Of a stretch of DNA of 64,000 bases, positions 52,787-61,260 are shown one piece after another. Below the pieces are notes generated by a model that was not told where the DNA came from, ran no database searches, and was given only the letters and a program-made list of their open reading frames with translations. Source of the DNA: Candidatus Woesearchaeota archaeon. GTDB taxonomy: Archaea; Nanobdellota; Nanobdellia; SCGC-AAA011-G17; PNOQ01. Location: positions 159,773-223,772 of the forward strand of contig CAYFOF010000001.1 in NCBI GenBank assembly GCA_964344655.1. Direction: 5' to 3'. How positions within the stretch are numbered: the first letter of the stretch is position 1; every line of letters starts with the position of its first letter. Both the position numbers and the translations under genes were made by a program.

Positions 52787-53229
52787 TGAATCGTCGAGGA
52801 CAAGTAGGGATTAATGAAACAATATTAGTTATGTTTGTGTTTTTTGTTATATTGATGTTAGGGATGGTTTTATTTTTCCAATTTAATATGAATAATTCTC
52901 GTAAAGAAATTGAAGAATATCAAGAGTTTAAATTTAAGCAATTAATTAGTGTTGTTCCGTCGATGAATGAATTAAAATATTCTAAATTGGGTGTTGAAGA
53001 TGAATGGTGTATTGATTTATTGAAAGCCCGTGCATTTTCTTCAATTAGTGATTCTTATGATTTTGGAAGAAAGAGAATAAGTCTGTTTTCTTCAGAAAAT
53101 ATTGTTTTGTATGATAAGATTTCTTCTCGTGCAACGTCTATTCGTGTAGTCAATAGTCCTGTTTGCGTTTTTGATCCTCGAAGTGGATTGTTTAGTTTGG
53201 CAGAGTTGGAGGTAAAATGGGAAAACTAG
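52786..53229 (+). CDS. class III signal peptide (pilin-like) protein, 147 aa
   Basis: MNRRGQ|VGINETILVMFVFFVILMLGMVLFF. The start at M7 of the ORF overlaps the upstream stop (TAATG). Confidence 0.6.
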   Translation: MNRRGQVGINETILVMFVFFVILMLGMVLFFQFNMNNSRKEIEEYQEFKFKQLISVVPSMNELKYSKLGVEDEWCIDLLKARAFSSISDSYDFGRKRISLFSSENIVLYDKISSRATSIRVVNSPVCVFDPRSGLFSLAELEVKWEN

Positions 53230-53618
53230 GACAGGTTGAAACTATGGGGTTGGTGATAATTGTTGTTTTAATAGTATTGTTGGGGGTGTTTTTTTTAGCT
53301 TTTAATCTTCGAGGAGAGGTTTCTCCAGAAGATAGGGTGTTTTTGGGTGTGAAAGCAGGAAATTTAGCAAATTCTTTGAAATCTGTTGGAGTTGGTAGTC
53401 TTTTTGTGGATTGGTGTAATGGAGATAGTTCTAAAGAGGATGAGATTGAAGAGATGATTTTGCCTGGATTTGAGATGATTGATGAGGATGTTTCATTAGT
53501 TTTTGAGTGTTTTGATGGGCGTTCTTTGGTTTTTGGCGATTGTCCGACGGGAATTGTGTCTGAAGATATTTCTTTATCGTCGGGACATAGTTTTTTTGCT
53601 AGGATTTGTGCTAAATAG
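53217..53618 (+). CDS. class III signal peptide (pilin-like) protein, 133 aa
   Basis: MGKLGQ|VETMGLVIIVVLIVLLGVFFLAF. 13-nt overlap with the upstream gene. Confidence 0.55.
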   Translation: MGKLGQVETMGLVIIVVLIVLLGVFFLAFNLRGEVSPEDRVFLGVKAGNLANSLKSVGVGSLFVDWCNGDSSKEDEIEEMILPGFEMIDEDVSLVFECFDGRSLVFGDCPTGIVSEDISLSSGHSFFARICAK

Positions 53619-53798
53619 GCTCGTATTGCTTGAATTTGGGGGTTTTGAGGGAATTTTATATACTCTGGGCTATAAATGTTTATAAATGAAAAATTTTGAT
53701 TTTATTCTAATAAAACTTAGTTGACGACGTAGTAATAGTTTAAAGCAGTGATTTCGGTGAACGTTTTGAAAAAAGAGGAAAAAATAATAATCTGATAC

Positions 53799-53805
53799 GG
53801 AGGTG
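53799..53805 (+). promoter_or_regulatory. Shine-Dalgarno site GGAGGTG 10 nt upstream of the S-layer gene ATG
   Basis: One of only a few strong SD sites in the window. TATA-like boxes at about 53653-53688 imply a leader of roughly 100 nt or more. Confidence 0.55.
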
Positions 53806-53815
53806 TAGATTTCAG

Positions 53816-55969
53816 ATGAAAAAATTTATTAGAAAAGTAGCAGCTGTTGGTGCTGGTGTTGCAATGTTAGGTTCAACATTTGGTGGTGCATTAGCTGCAG
53901 ATTTGGCAGACTTGCCTAGTCCATTTATTGGAAGTAATGGTCAATATGCAAGCACTGCAATGGTTATTGGTAGCTCAGAAGACGCTGCCGCAAGGACGAC
54001 TTTAGTAAACTATTTTGACGGCATGGTTGAAACTGCTGCAGGATTGGGTACTCAAATAGTTACAGAAGAAATTAAGTTGCAAGAAAATGTTGCAACAAGT
54101 AGTGGATTAGACACTGTTTATGATGATAGTGATTCAACTATTTTCGATGATGGTGAAGTGAGTGTTGGTGGGTCAAGTTATGATTACCATACTGAATTAC
54201 AAATAACAAACACTGCTAATAATTTCGACATGGAAACTAGTTTGACTAGTAGCGATGATAAATATGAATTAGATCCTAAATTGGAAATCAAGAAGGATGC
54301 AATAAGATATTGTTATGTATTTGATGAAGCTATTAACATTAGTGCACAAGTAAGTACTTCAAATCCATTTGATATGCAATTCTTAGGAAAAAGTGTTAGA
54401 ATAGACACAGTTTCTGACAACGATACGTTCATTGCACAAGTTGGAGATTCTTGGTCTGGACACCCTGGTGAAATGTACACTGGAAATGGAATTACGATGG
54501 AAGTTATTTCTGTAGATGGTACTAGTGCTATTATTGATTTCGGTGGAGATCAAAGAACTATTGCTGAAGCAGGAACAGTTTCTAAAGGGGAAATAGATGT
54601 TTACTTAGACACTGCAATTGCTGGTGTTGGTTCAGCTAGTGAGGCTGTAGCTACATTTATCATTGGTGAAGATGCTAGATTAACGGTTAACTCTGGTGAC
54701 AAATATACTGACTACTGTTCTCCAGCAGACGGACATGGAGATCCAGATTGTGACAAGAATAATCCTGACTGGGTATGGAACTTTGGTGGATTAACTGATA
54801 ATGCTGTTTCTGGTGCAGTAAACGATATTTGTGTAGAAAACGACTTTGAAGCATATAATTTCAATAAAGATCCTGCCGGAATTGGTGAATACTATGGATT
54901 GCCAGGCGGATATGCTTATGTTGGTGTAGATAGCCTTAACGTAGCTAGTGATGACTATATGACTGTTGAAATGTTCACAGAAACTGGAAATACTGAAGAT
55001 CTATCTAATGCAGGAGCTTTCCCTACTTCAGCTATTGTTTTAACAATAACTGCAAGTGAGAGTGAAGGATTGGTTCTTGATGAAAGTGGATTTACATCTG
55101 AAATTTTAACTGGTGACACAAAGACAGATGAAATTTATGTATGGACAAACACAACATTTGCAGGTACAGCTAATAACGCTACATTGTTCTTCTATAAAGA
55201 TTCAAACAATGCGGTGCAACATGCAGGAAACATAAGTTATCATGCAGCAGCTACAGTTAATTGGGGTTACTTGAACTACAAGAACACTAAATCTACTGAT
55301 GTACTTCTGTCATCTTACGGAAAACCTGGAACTGATGATGGATACTATGTTGGATTTGTGCCTGACAACTCTAGTGATGCAAACGACAACCTATGGTTCA
55401 GAATACAATCTGCGAATGCTACAGATGGTAACTACTTAGGATTTGGTGACACTGATGATGCAGAATCTGATGAAGTAATTTGGGGAGCAACATTAACTCC
55501 AACAACAACATCTGCTACAACTGGTACTACAAACATCTTTGCTGGTGCTAAGAAATATGACTTGTTGACAGGATATGGACTTCAAATTTCAGACACTGAC
55601 TCATCTGGAGATGATGATAGTTTCACTATCAAAGTTCCTGGTGACCAAGTGAAAGCTAATGTAGCCATTTATGAAGGTGGAGCTGCAACAACAACTTCAG
55701 CTGACTTATTAGATGCTACAGAGAGTACAACTGGCTATACTAACTTAATCTTAGTTGGTGGACCATGTGTAAATAGCTTGACTGCGGAGTTCATGGGATT
55801 AACATTCCCTGCTTGTGAAGCTGCATCCGGAATTGCACAAGATAAAGCAATTATTGAGTTCGTAGATATGGGATCTCAAACTGCTTTGGTTGTTGCTGGA
55901 TGGGAAAAAGCTGACACACAAAGAGCAGCAACAAAGATAGCTGCTGGAGAAGCAGCAGCGATTGTGTAA
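53816..55969 (+). CDS. S-layer protein (Methanococcales S_layer_N / S_layer_C type)
   Basis: Signal peptide ..GGALAADLADLP. The body is rich in Thr, Ser, Asp, Gly and Ala. The C-terminus NLILVGGPCVNSLTAEF...ALVVAGWEKADTQRAATKIAAG parallels the Methanococcus voltae S-layer end (NLVLVGGPVANKLTKEL...VIVVAGGDREKTREAALELI, recalled from memory). GC is elevated and an SD site is present. Confidence 0.7.
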   Translation: MKKFIRKVAAVGAGVAMLGSTFGGALAADLADLPSPFIGSNGQYASTAMVIGSSEDAAARTTLVNYFDGMVETAAGLGTQIVTEEIKLQENVATSSGLDTVYDDSDSTIFDDGEVSVGGSSYDYHTELQITNTANNFDMETSLTSSDDKYELDPKLEIKKDAIRYCYVFDEAINISAQVSTSNPFDMQFLGKSVRIDTVSDNDTFIAQVGDSWSGHPGEMYTGNGITMEVISVDGTSAIIDFGGDQRTIAEAGTVSKGEIDVYLDTAIAGVGSASEAVATFIIGEDARLTVNSGDKYTDYCSPADGHGDPDCDKNNPDWVWNFGGLTDNAVSGAVNDICVENDFEAYNFNKDPAGIGEYYGLPGGYAYVGVDSLNVASDDYMTVEMFTETGNTEDLSNAGAFPTSAIVLTITASESEGLVLDESGFTSEILTGDTKTDEIYVWTNTTFAGTANNATLFFYKDSNNAVQHAGNISYHAAATVNWGYLNYKNTKSTDVLLSSYGKPGTDDGYYVGFVPDNSSDANDNLWFRIQSANATDGNYLGFGDTDDAESDEVIWGATLTPTTTSATTGTTNIFAGAKKYDLLTGYGLQISDTDSSGDDDSFTIKVPGDQVKANVAIYEGGAATTTSADLLDATESTTGYTNLILVGGPCVNSLTAEFMGLTFPACEAASGIAQDKAIIEFVDMGSQTALVVAGWEKADTQRAATKIAAGEAAAIV

Positions 55970-55982
55970 ACACACAATCAAC

Positions 55983-56002
55983 TTTTTTCTTTTTTTCTTT
56001 TT
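55983..56002 (+). terminator. oligo-T terminator (TTTTTTCTTTTTTTCTTTTT) after the S-layer gene
   Basis: A T-tract 14 nt downstream of the stop. Archaeal termination typically uses oligo-T. Confidence 0.5.
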
Positions 56003-56023
56003 GATTTCTGGATGATTAATCCA

Positions 56024-56035
56024 AAAGCTTTTTAA
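56024..56035 (+). promoter_or_regulatory. BRE/TATA-like element (AAAGCTTTTTAA) about 29 nt upstream of the ATG at 56058
   Basis: Same motif and spacing as other promoters here. Confidence 0.45.
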
Positions 56036-56057
56036 TTGAAAGTGTTTTTTTATTTTT

Positions 56058-56540
56058 ATGGCTAAGAAGAAAAATAATAGTAAAGTTTATTTTGGTATTT
56101 TTATTGCTTTTTTGATGGTGAGTAGCACCATAGGTTTTATGTATGGTGGTGGTGCGGAAACTAAAAAGATTAATGGTTATAAATTTACTAGGGTTGATGG
56201 GGGTTGGCAAACCTATATTGAAGAAATAGAATCTTATTGGTTGTTTACTTATTTACCTAATGAGATAAATTTTGATGTAGGTTTTTATGATTTTAATGTA
56301 TATTCAGAAGATGAAACATCTAAACAATATGAAGATAAGCTTAAATTTATAATGCTTTATTCTGGTGTTGTTGTGGATTCTTTGGAAGAAAAAGAATGTA
56401 ATGGAGATAGGATGATGTTGGTTTTAAAACATTCGTATGACGATGTTTCGATTACTTCTGAAGAAAATTGCGTTTATATTAATGGAAACCTTAATAAATT
56501 TGTTGATGGTATTACATACAAAATATTTGGAGTGATTTAA
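56058..56540 (+). CDS. membrane-anchored hypothetical protein
   Basis: Basic N-terminus plus one TM (VYFGIFIAFLMVSSTIGFMYGG). No family recognised. Confidence 0.45.
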   Translation: MAKKKNNSKVYFGIFIAFLMVSSTIGFMYGGGAETKKINGYKFTRVDGGWQTYIEEIESYWLFTYLPNEINFDVGFYDFNVYSEDETSKQYEDKLKFIMLYSGVVVDSLEEKECNGDRMMLVLKHSYDDVSITSEENCVYINGNLNKFVDGITYKIFGVI

Positions 56541-56542
56541 GA

Positions 56543-57214
56543 ATGAATAGAAATATAATATTGGTTGTTGGACTTGTTTTTTTGGTAGCTATGTTTGTTC
56601 CTGTTATAAATGGCAGTCCTGTTGGCATGGTTATTTATGATAAGGTTCAAGGAATAGGGGAGTATGAGTATACTGGTGTTAGTGGAGAATCTTATACTTT
56701 TGATAAAACTAGAATTGGACAAAATCTTAGACATATACTTTCTTTTGAGATGAAGAAAATTTCTGATAATGGCCGTAGTGTAATAAAAACAGCAAAAATT
56801 CCATTTAGATATGGCCCAGAAGAATTGGAAAAAATATCAATGGAGTATGTTAGAAGAGATATATTATTCTCAGAAGTAATATATGTTACAAGGGATAAAA
56901 ATTTAGAGGGAACTGAAATAAGTCCTGTAGCTATACCTACTATTGGAAGAATCTTGGATTCTGAGTGGGATACTTCTTTGAGTTTGTTTGAGATTCCTAC
57001 TGGTTTAGCATCTACAGTTGCGATGCCTTATGAAGATTTGCCAGTGATATCTTGTGGTCAATCTACTCCGGAAAGAACAGTTATTGAATTTAGACATGGT
57101 GATGAAAATAAAATCTATGCTGAGGGAGAGTGTGTCATTGTGGAGTCGAAAGGGTATGATGATTCTATAAAAGTTGCTACAAAATTGGCTTACCATGTTT
57201 TGGGGATAATGTAA
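56543..57214 (+). CDS. secreted or membrane-anchored hypothetical protein
   Basis: N-terminal hydrophobic segment (IILVVGLVFLVAMFVPVING). Only 2 nt downstream of the previous gene. Confidence 0.45.
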   Translation: MNRNIILVVGLVFLVAMFVPVINGSPVGMVIYDKVQGIGEYEYTGVSGESYTFDKTRIGQNLRHILSFEMKKISDNGRSVIKTAKIPFRYGPEELEKISMEYVRRDILFSEVIYVTRDKNLEGTEISPVAIPTIGRILDSEWDTSLSLFEIPTGLASTVAMPYEDLPVISCGQSTPERTVIEFRHGDENKIYAEGECVIVESKGYDDSIKVATKLAYHVLGIM

Positions 57215-57249
57215 AGCTTTAAGAATAAACTTTTTCTTTTATTTTTTAT

Positions 57250-57332
57250 GCCGAGATCGCATAACCTGGTATTGCACCGGCCTTGAAAGCCGGGCCCGAA
57301 AGGGCGTCTGGGTTCAAATCCCAGTCTCGGCG
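57250..57332 (+). tRNA. tRNA-Ser (UGA)
   Basis: 83 nt: GCCGAGA/TCTCGGC acceptor, CCGGC-CTTGAAA-GCCGG anticodon arm (anticodon TGA), long variable arm GCCCGAAAGGGCGT, CTGGG-TTCAAAT-CCCAG T-arm and discriminator G. Confidence 0.9.
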
Positions 57333-57395
57333 TATATTCTTTAAACTATATTTTGAAAACGATAGTTTTATAAATGATTTATTTTTTTAAAATTT

Positions 57396-57749
57396 ATGAC
57401 AGAACATATTGATTTAGTTAAGAGATTAGTAAAGGAGTCTTTTGGATCAAGATATATTCCTAATTTGAGTACTGGCATAGTTCCAGGATCTGGATTTGTT
57501 TGGGAAGAAAGTGATTTTTTGGTTCTTAATGAAAAATCTTCTGGAAAAATAGGGATAGGTAAGAAGCCTTTACCAGGAATTTTATCTTTTTTTCAACATC
57601 ATTACCAAATTGGATCTTTTTTGCAAGAAGACGGATCTGAGTTGATCGTAGAACCTGAATTTGAAACTAAAGCCAAAAGATATGCAATATTATATCATCA
57701 AGCTACAGGAAGAAAAGTAAAGGTTAGTACTTATAGTGGATGCATATAA
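57396..57749 (+). CDS. hypothetical protein
   Basis: A TATA-like TTTTATAAAT lies 29 nt upstream of the ATG. No motif recognised. Confidence 0.4.
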   Translation: MTEHIDLVKRLVKESFGSRYIPNLSTGIVPGSGFVWEESDFLVLNEKSSGKIGIGKKPLPGILSFFQHHYQIGSFLQEDGSELIVEPEFETKAKRYAILYHQATGRKVKVSTYSGCI

Positions 57750-57768
57750 TTGGACTTTTATATTTTTA

Positions 57769-58041
57769 TTATAATCCAAATGTTTTTTCAAAATTCTTCA
57801 TTTCCATTATTTTTTGAGTGAAATTAAATCCTTTTTCTGTCATTAAAATATAAGTAGATCTTTTTTCTGTTGCTTTTGTTATAAATTCTTTTTCTAGTAA
57901 TTCTTCTAAATATGAGTTCATTTGATTATATGATAAATTAGCTTTGTACATTAGATGAGTTGGTTTCATTCTTCCGCTTTTATTTTGAATTGATAGCATA
58001 ATATCATGTATTATGTCGATTCTAGATCTTTTTCTTTCCAT
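57769..58041 (-). CDS. winged-helix DNA-binding protein (HTH_45 / COG3432-like)
   Basis: IIHDIMLSIQNKSGRMKPTHLMYKANLSYNQMNSYLEELLEKEFI is the typical small archaeal wHTH pattern. Confidence 0.65.
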   Translation of the reverse strand: MERKRSRIDIIHDIMLSIQNKSGRMKPTHLMYKANLSYNQMNSYLEELLEKEFITKATEKRSTYILMTEKGFNFTQKIMEMKNFEKTFGL

Positions 58042-58720
58042 TTTTTTGAATATGTGTGATTATTAGTAAAAGTAAAGCATATCCTCCTAATTGAATTATT
58101 TCTCCAGTTAGATAGAATAATTTACCAAATGTAGTGAATATAAAGAATATTTGACTTACAGTTATGGTTGAAAAGCTGTACGCAAGTAATTTTGTATTTA
58201 TGAATTTATTTTTTGAATATTCTTTCCAGTAATATGAAGATATTGCCATTAAAAATATTAAGGATGTTAAGTGGAATATGTAATAGTTTGAATTACTGAA
58301 ATATGTTGAGATTAATATAAAATAACTCATTAATAATACATTAGAATAGTTTTGTTTTCCTTGATATAGTTTATAGAGCAAATAAAGTCCTATTAAATTT
58401 AAAAATGCAAACACAGTGAATGTTAAGTTTGAAAATACGTTGTATGTTCTAATTGTTTGTAATGTTTGTACAACTATTTGGGTGTTTGTTGGATTAATAA
58501 ATTTATCATAGAATAATGCTGCATTTGTTAGTAATTTAAATAAAAAAGACAATGCAATAAATCCAAATGAAATAGATAAATATAGTGATTTTCTATTTTT
58601 GTTTAATTTATAATACTTTAGACTTACTACTCCAATCATAAATAACACTATAAAACTGAATAGATCTATTATTAATGATGGAAATTGAAACCAATCTAAA
58701 GTATGCTTTAGATATATCAT
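58022..58720 (-). CDS. multi-pass membrane protein, unknown function
   Basis: About 7 hydrophobic segments. Its 3' end overlaps the wHTH gene start by 20 nt, so they are a likely pair. Confidence 0.5.
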   Translation of the reverse strand: MIYLKHTLDWFQFPSLIIDLFSFIVLFMIGVVSLKYYKLNKNRKSLYLSISFGFIALSFLFKLLTNAALFYDKFINPTNTQIVVQTLQTIRTYNVFSNLTFTVFAFLNLIGLYLLYKLYQGKQNYSNVLLMSYFILISTYFSNSNYYIFHLTSLIFLMAISSYYWKEYSKNKFINTKLLAYSFSTITVSQIFFIFTTFGKLFYLTGEIIQLGGYALLLLIITHIQKNGKKKI

Positions 58721-58760
58721 AGAATTGGAATTAGAAATTGCTTTAAAAACCTTTTGAAAG

Positions 58761-60218
58761 TTACTTTATATTGAATATTTGAGAGATTTCCTTTCTTGCG
58801 TAAGTTAGTTTTTCTTTATTTTCCGCATATATTGTTAATATTTTTTCTCCTTTTTTTATTTTGTCATTTAATTTTTTATGTAAATAAACTCCGGCTCCCT
58901 TATTGTTGGGTGCTCCAGCAATTCTGGCTAAATTTGAGATTTTTTTATTATCTATTTCTTTTATTTTCCCAGATTTTGGGGATTTATAATCACAAGAATA
59001 TTTTCCTATGCTGATTTTTTCTGGTTTTATAGAAGGATTTCCCTTTTGAGCTTTTATTATTTCTTTGAATTTTTTATATGCTTTTCCAGATTCTAATATT
59101 TTCTTGGCAGATGCTTTTGTTTTTGTTAATTTGAATATTTTATCTGCCATCATTATAGCTTTTTTTTCTAAATCTTTTGGAGCATCTTCCTCTTGTCTTA
59201 GTATTTTTAGAATATCTCTTGCTTCTAATGCGGGGCCAATTCCGTTTCCTATTGGTTGATTTCCATTTGTGATTATTACTTTTGTTTTTATATTTAGAAC
59301 TTTTGATATTTTTTCAAATCTTCTTTTTAATATTTTAGCTTCTTTTTTTGTTTTAACTTTTGCATTTTTTCCAATTGGGATGTCTAATAATAAATGTGTT
59401 GCTCCAACTGCATGTTTTTTTGCTAATATGGATGCAATCATTAATCCTGGAGGATCTAATCTCAATGGGTGTCTTATTTTAATTAATTTTGAATCTGCTC
59501 CTGTAATTTCCATCCCCTCATTCCAAACCATGCAAGCATTTGTTTTTTTTACTATTTGCTTCATTTGGGTTGTGTTGAAACTTACTTTTGATAGAACTTC
59601 CATTGTGTCTGCTGTTCCTGCGGGACTTGTAATTGCTCTGGAAGAAGTTTTTGGAATTGTTAATCCTGCTGCTGCAATTATTGGAGTAATTAGAATTGAT
59701 GTTCTGTTGTTTGGAACCCCCCCTATACAGTGCTTATCTGCTATTAATCTTTTATTTAATTTTAGTTTTGTTCCTTCTTTTAAGGTAGCTTTTGTTAAGT
59801 ATATAACTTCTTTATCTGTTAAATTGTTATCATAACATCCTGCTACGAAATATGCAATCTCAACTTCTGAAAGATTGTTTGATGTTAAATCATTTATTAT
59901 AGAATCTATTTCTTTTTTTGTTAATTCTTTTCCGTCCAGTTTATTTTTTATTGCTTTTACAGATTTTGGAGTTTCAGCAGGAAACACATTTAGTTTGTTT
60001 TTTGTATTTAGTTTTTTTTGTGTTTCATTGAATAATCCTATCTTTCCTTTAGGAATGTCTGGAGATATATCTATTAATGCATGGATTATTTTTTTTCTAT
60101 TTATTATTTTTATTCTATCAAATGCATGTGTTTTTAATTCTTCCGCGTCTTTTTCATTTAAGACTACAATCAATGGTCCCCCGGAGGAGATATTTAATTT
60201 TTTAGGAGTTAGTTGCAT
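58761..60218 (-). CDS. deoA: AMP phosphorylase (thymidine phosphorylase family, DeoA-like)
   Basis: DKHCIGGVPNNRTS and TSSRAITSPAGTADTME motifs. It has the extra N-terminal domain typical of archaeal AMP phosphorylase and sits with rbcL and e2b2. Confidence 0.8.
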   Translation of the reverse strand: MQLTPKKLNISSGGPLIVVLNEKDAEELKTHAFDRIKIINRKKIIHALIDISPDIPKGKIGLFNETQKKLNTKNKLNVFPAETPKSVKAIKNKLDGKELTKKEIDSIINDLTSNNLSEVEIAYFVAGCYDNNLTDKEVIYLTKATLKEGTKLKLNKRLIADKHCIGGVPNNRTSILITPIIAAAGLTIPKTSSRAITSPAGTADTMEVLSKVSFNTTQMKQIVKKTNACMVWNEGMEITGADSKLIKIRHPLRLDPPGLMIASILAKKHAVGATHLLLDIPIGKNAKVKTKKEAKILKRRFEKISKVLNIKTKVIITNGNQPIGNGIGPALEARDILKILRQEEDAPKDLEKKAIMMADKIFKLTKTKASAKKILESGKAYKKFKEIIKAQKGNPSIKPEKISIGKYSCDYKSPKSGKIKEIDNKKISNLARIAGAPNNKGAGVYLHKKLNDKIKKGEKILTIYAENKEKLTYARKEISQIFNIK

Positions 60219-61218
60219 TTTCTTCTTCGTAAATTCTATAGATTACAAATAGTATAGATAGTATTAATGGTCCTACAATTATTCCTGGAATTCCCATGAA
60301 ACTTATTCCACCTAATACTCCTAGAAGTATTATCATCGGGTTAATATTAGATCCCCTACCCATCATTTTGGGTTTTACAATATTATCTAAGTATGAGATT
60401 AATCCAAATGAATAAATTAATAGGAATATGGCATTGGTTATATCTCCAATTATTGCCAGGTAAATTGCTGCAGGAACATATACCGTTGCAGGCCCTATTA
60501 TTGGGAAATATGCTGCTAAGAGTATTACGAATGACCAAATTAATGGATTTGGAATATTAAATAAGTAAAATCCTATGAATGCGACTATTCCTTCAAGTAT
60601 TGCAACTATTAAGATTCCAGAAAGTAATCCTCTAATAACGTTGTTTATTTCTTTGAATAGTTTCTTTTCTAGATCATCTCTTATTGGAAGGAATTTTCTT
60701 AATTTATTTACAAATCTTCGTCCATCTTTTAGGAAAAAGAATAATGTGAAGAAGAATATGAAGAAATTTAAGAATCCTCTGACTAATGTTTCTAGTAAAC
60801 TTGCACTAGATAATATAAATATATTTGAAATTTCTTGTATGGATTCTTTTATGTGTCTTTCAAAGTTTATATCTAATCCGGTTATTTCTTTTAAATTATT
60901 TGAGAAACCTTCAAGTTCTAGGGCGCTAGCAGTATTGTAAAGACTTATTGTTTCATCTAGTAATCGGTTTGTGAAAAAAATTAAGGGAATTATAATAAAT
61001 ATAAATATTAATAGAATAACTAAAAGGCTTGAAATTGTTTTTTTATTCGTTTTTTTATGGATCTTTTTGTATAATGGATAAACTGCTATTGCTACCACTG
61101 CTGCCCCCAATAATGGAACAATAAAAGGAGCAATTATTCTGTATGATAGGTATAATAATACTAAAATTAATGTAATTACTATGAATTTTGAATATTTTGA
61201 AAATGTAAATTGTTCCAT
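60202..61218 (-). CDS. AI-2E family transporter (PerM-like permease)
   Basis: About 8 TM helices. The C-terminal LLGVLGGISFMGIPGIIVGPLILSIL is typical of AI-2E/PerM proteins. Confidence 0.7.
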   Translation of the reverse strand: MEQFTFSKYSKFIVITLILVLLYLSYRIIAPFIVPLLGAAVVAIAVYPLYKKIHKKTNKKTISSLLVILLIFIFIIIPLIFFTNRLLDETISLYNTASALELEGFSNNLKEITGLDINFERHIKESIQEISNIFILSSASLLETLVRGFLNFFIFFFTLFFFLKDGRRFVNKLRKFLPIRDDLEKKLFKEINNVIRGLLSGILIVAILEGIVAFIGFYLFNIPNPLIWSFVILLAAYFPIIGPATVYVPAAIYLAIIGDITNAIFLLIYSFGLISYLDNIVKPKMMGRGSNINPMIILLGVLGGISFMGIPGIIVGPLILSILFVIYRIYEEENATNS

Positions 61219-61260
61219 AATGTTTTTTAGGATTAATTCTTTATAAATATATTTATTACT

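Noticed and set aside
53690-53798. Possible small RNA (C/D box or riboswitch-like) in the long spacer upstream of the S-layer gene
   Set aside because: No convincing C (RUGAUGA) / D (CUGA) box pairing or conserved structure could be identified by eye. It is more simply explained as the 5' leader of a highly expressed S-layer mRNA.
58796-60252. Four plus-strand ORFs (58796-59014, 59065-59259, 59269-59835 and 59875-60252) inside the deoA region
   Set aside because: They are shadow ORFs antisense to AMP phosphorylase, whose motifs are unambiguous. The same reasoning applies to ORFs antisense to the giant adhesin (16038-16334, 17127-17459, 18326-18568), to rbcL (61392-61968), to cysS, to the LTD gene and to the AI-2E gene.
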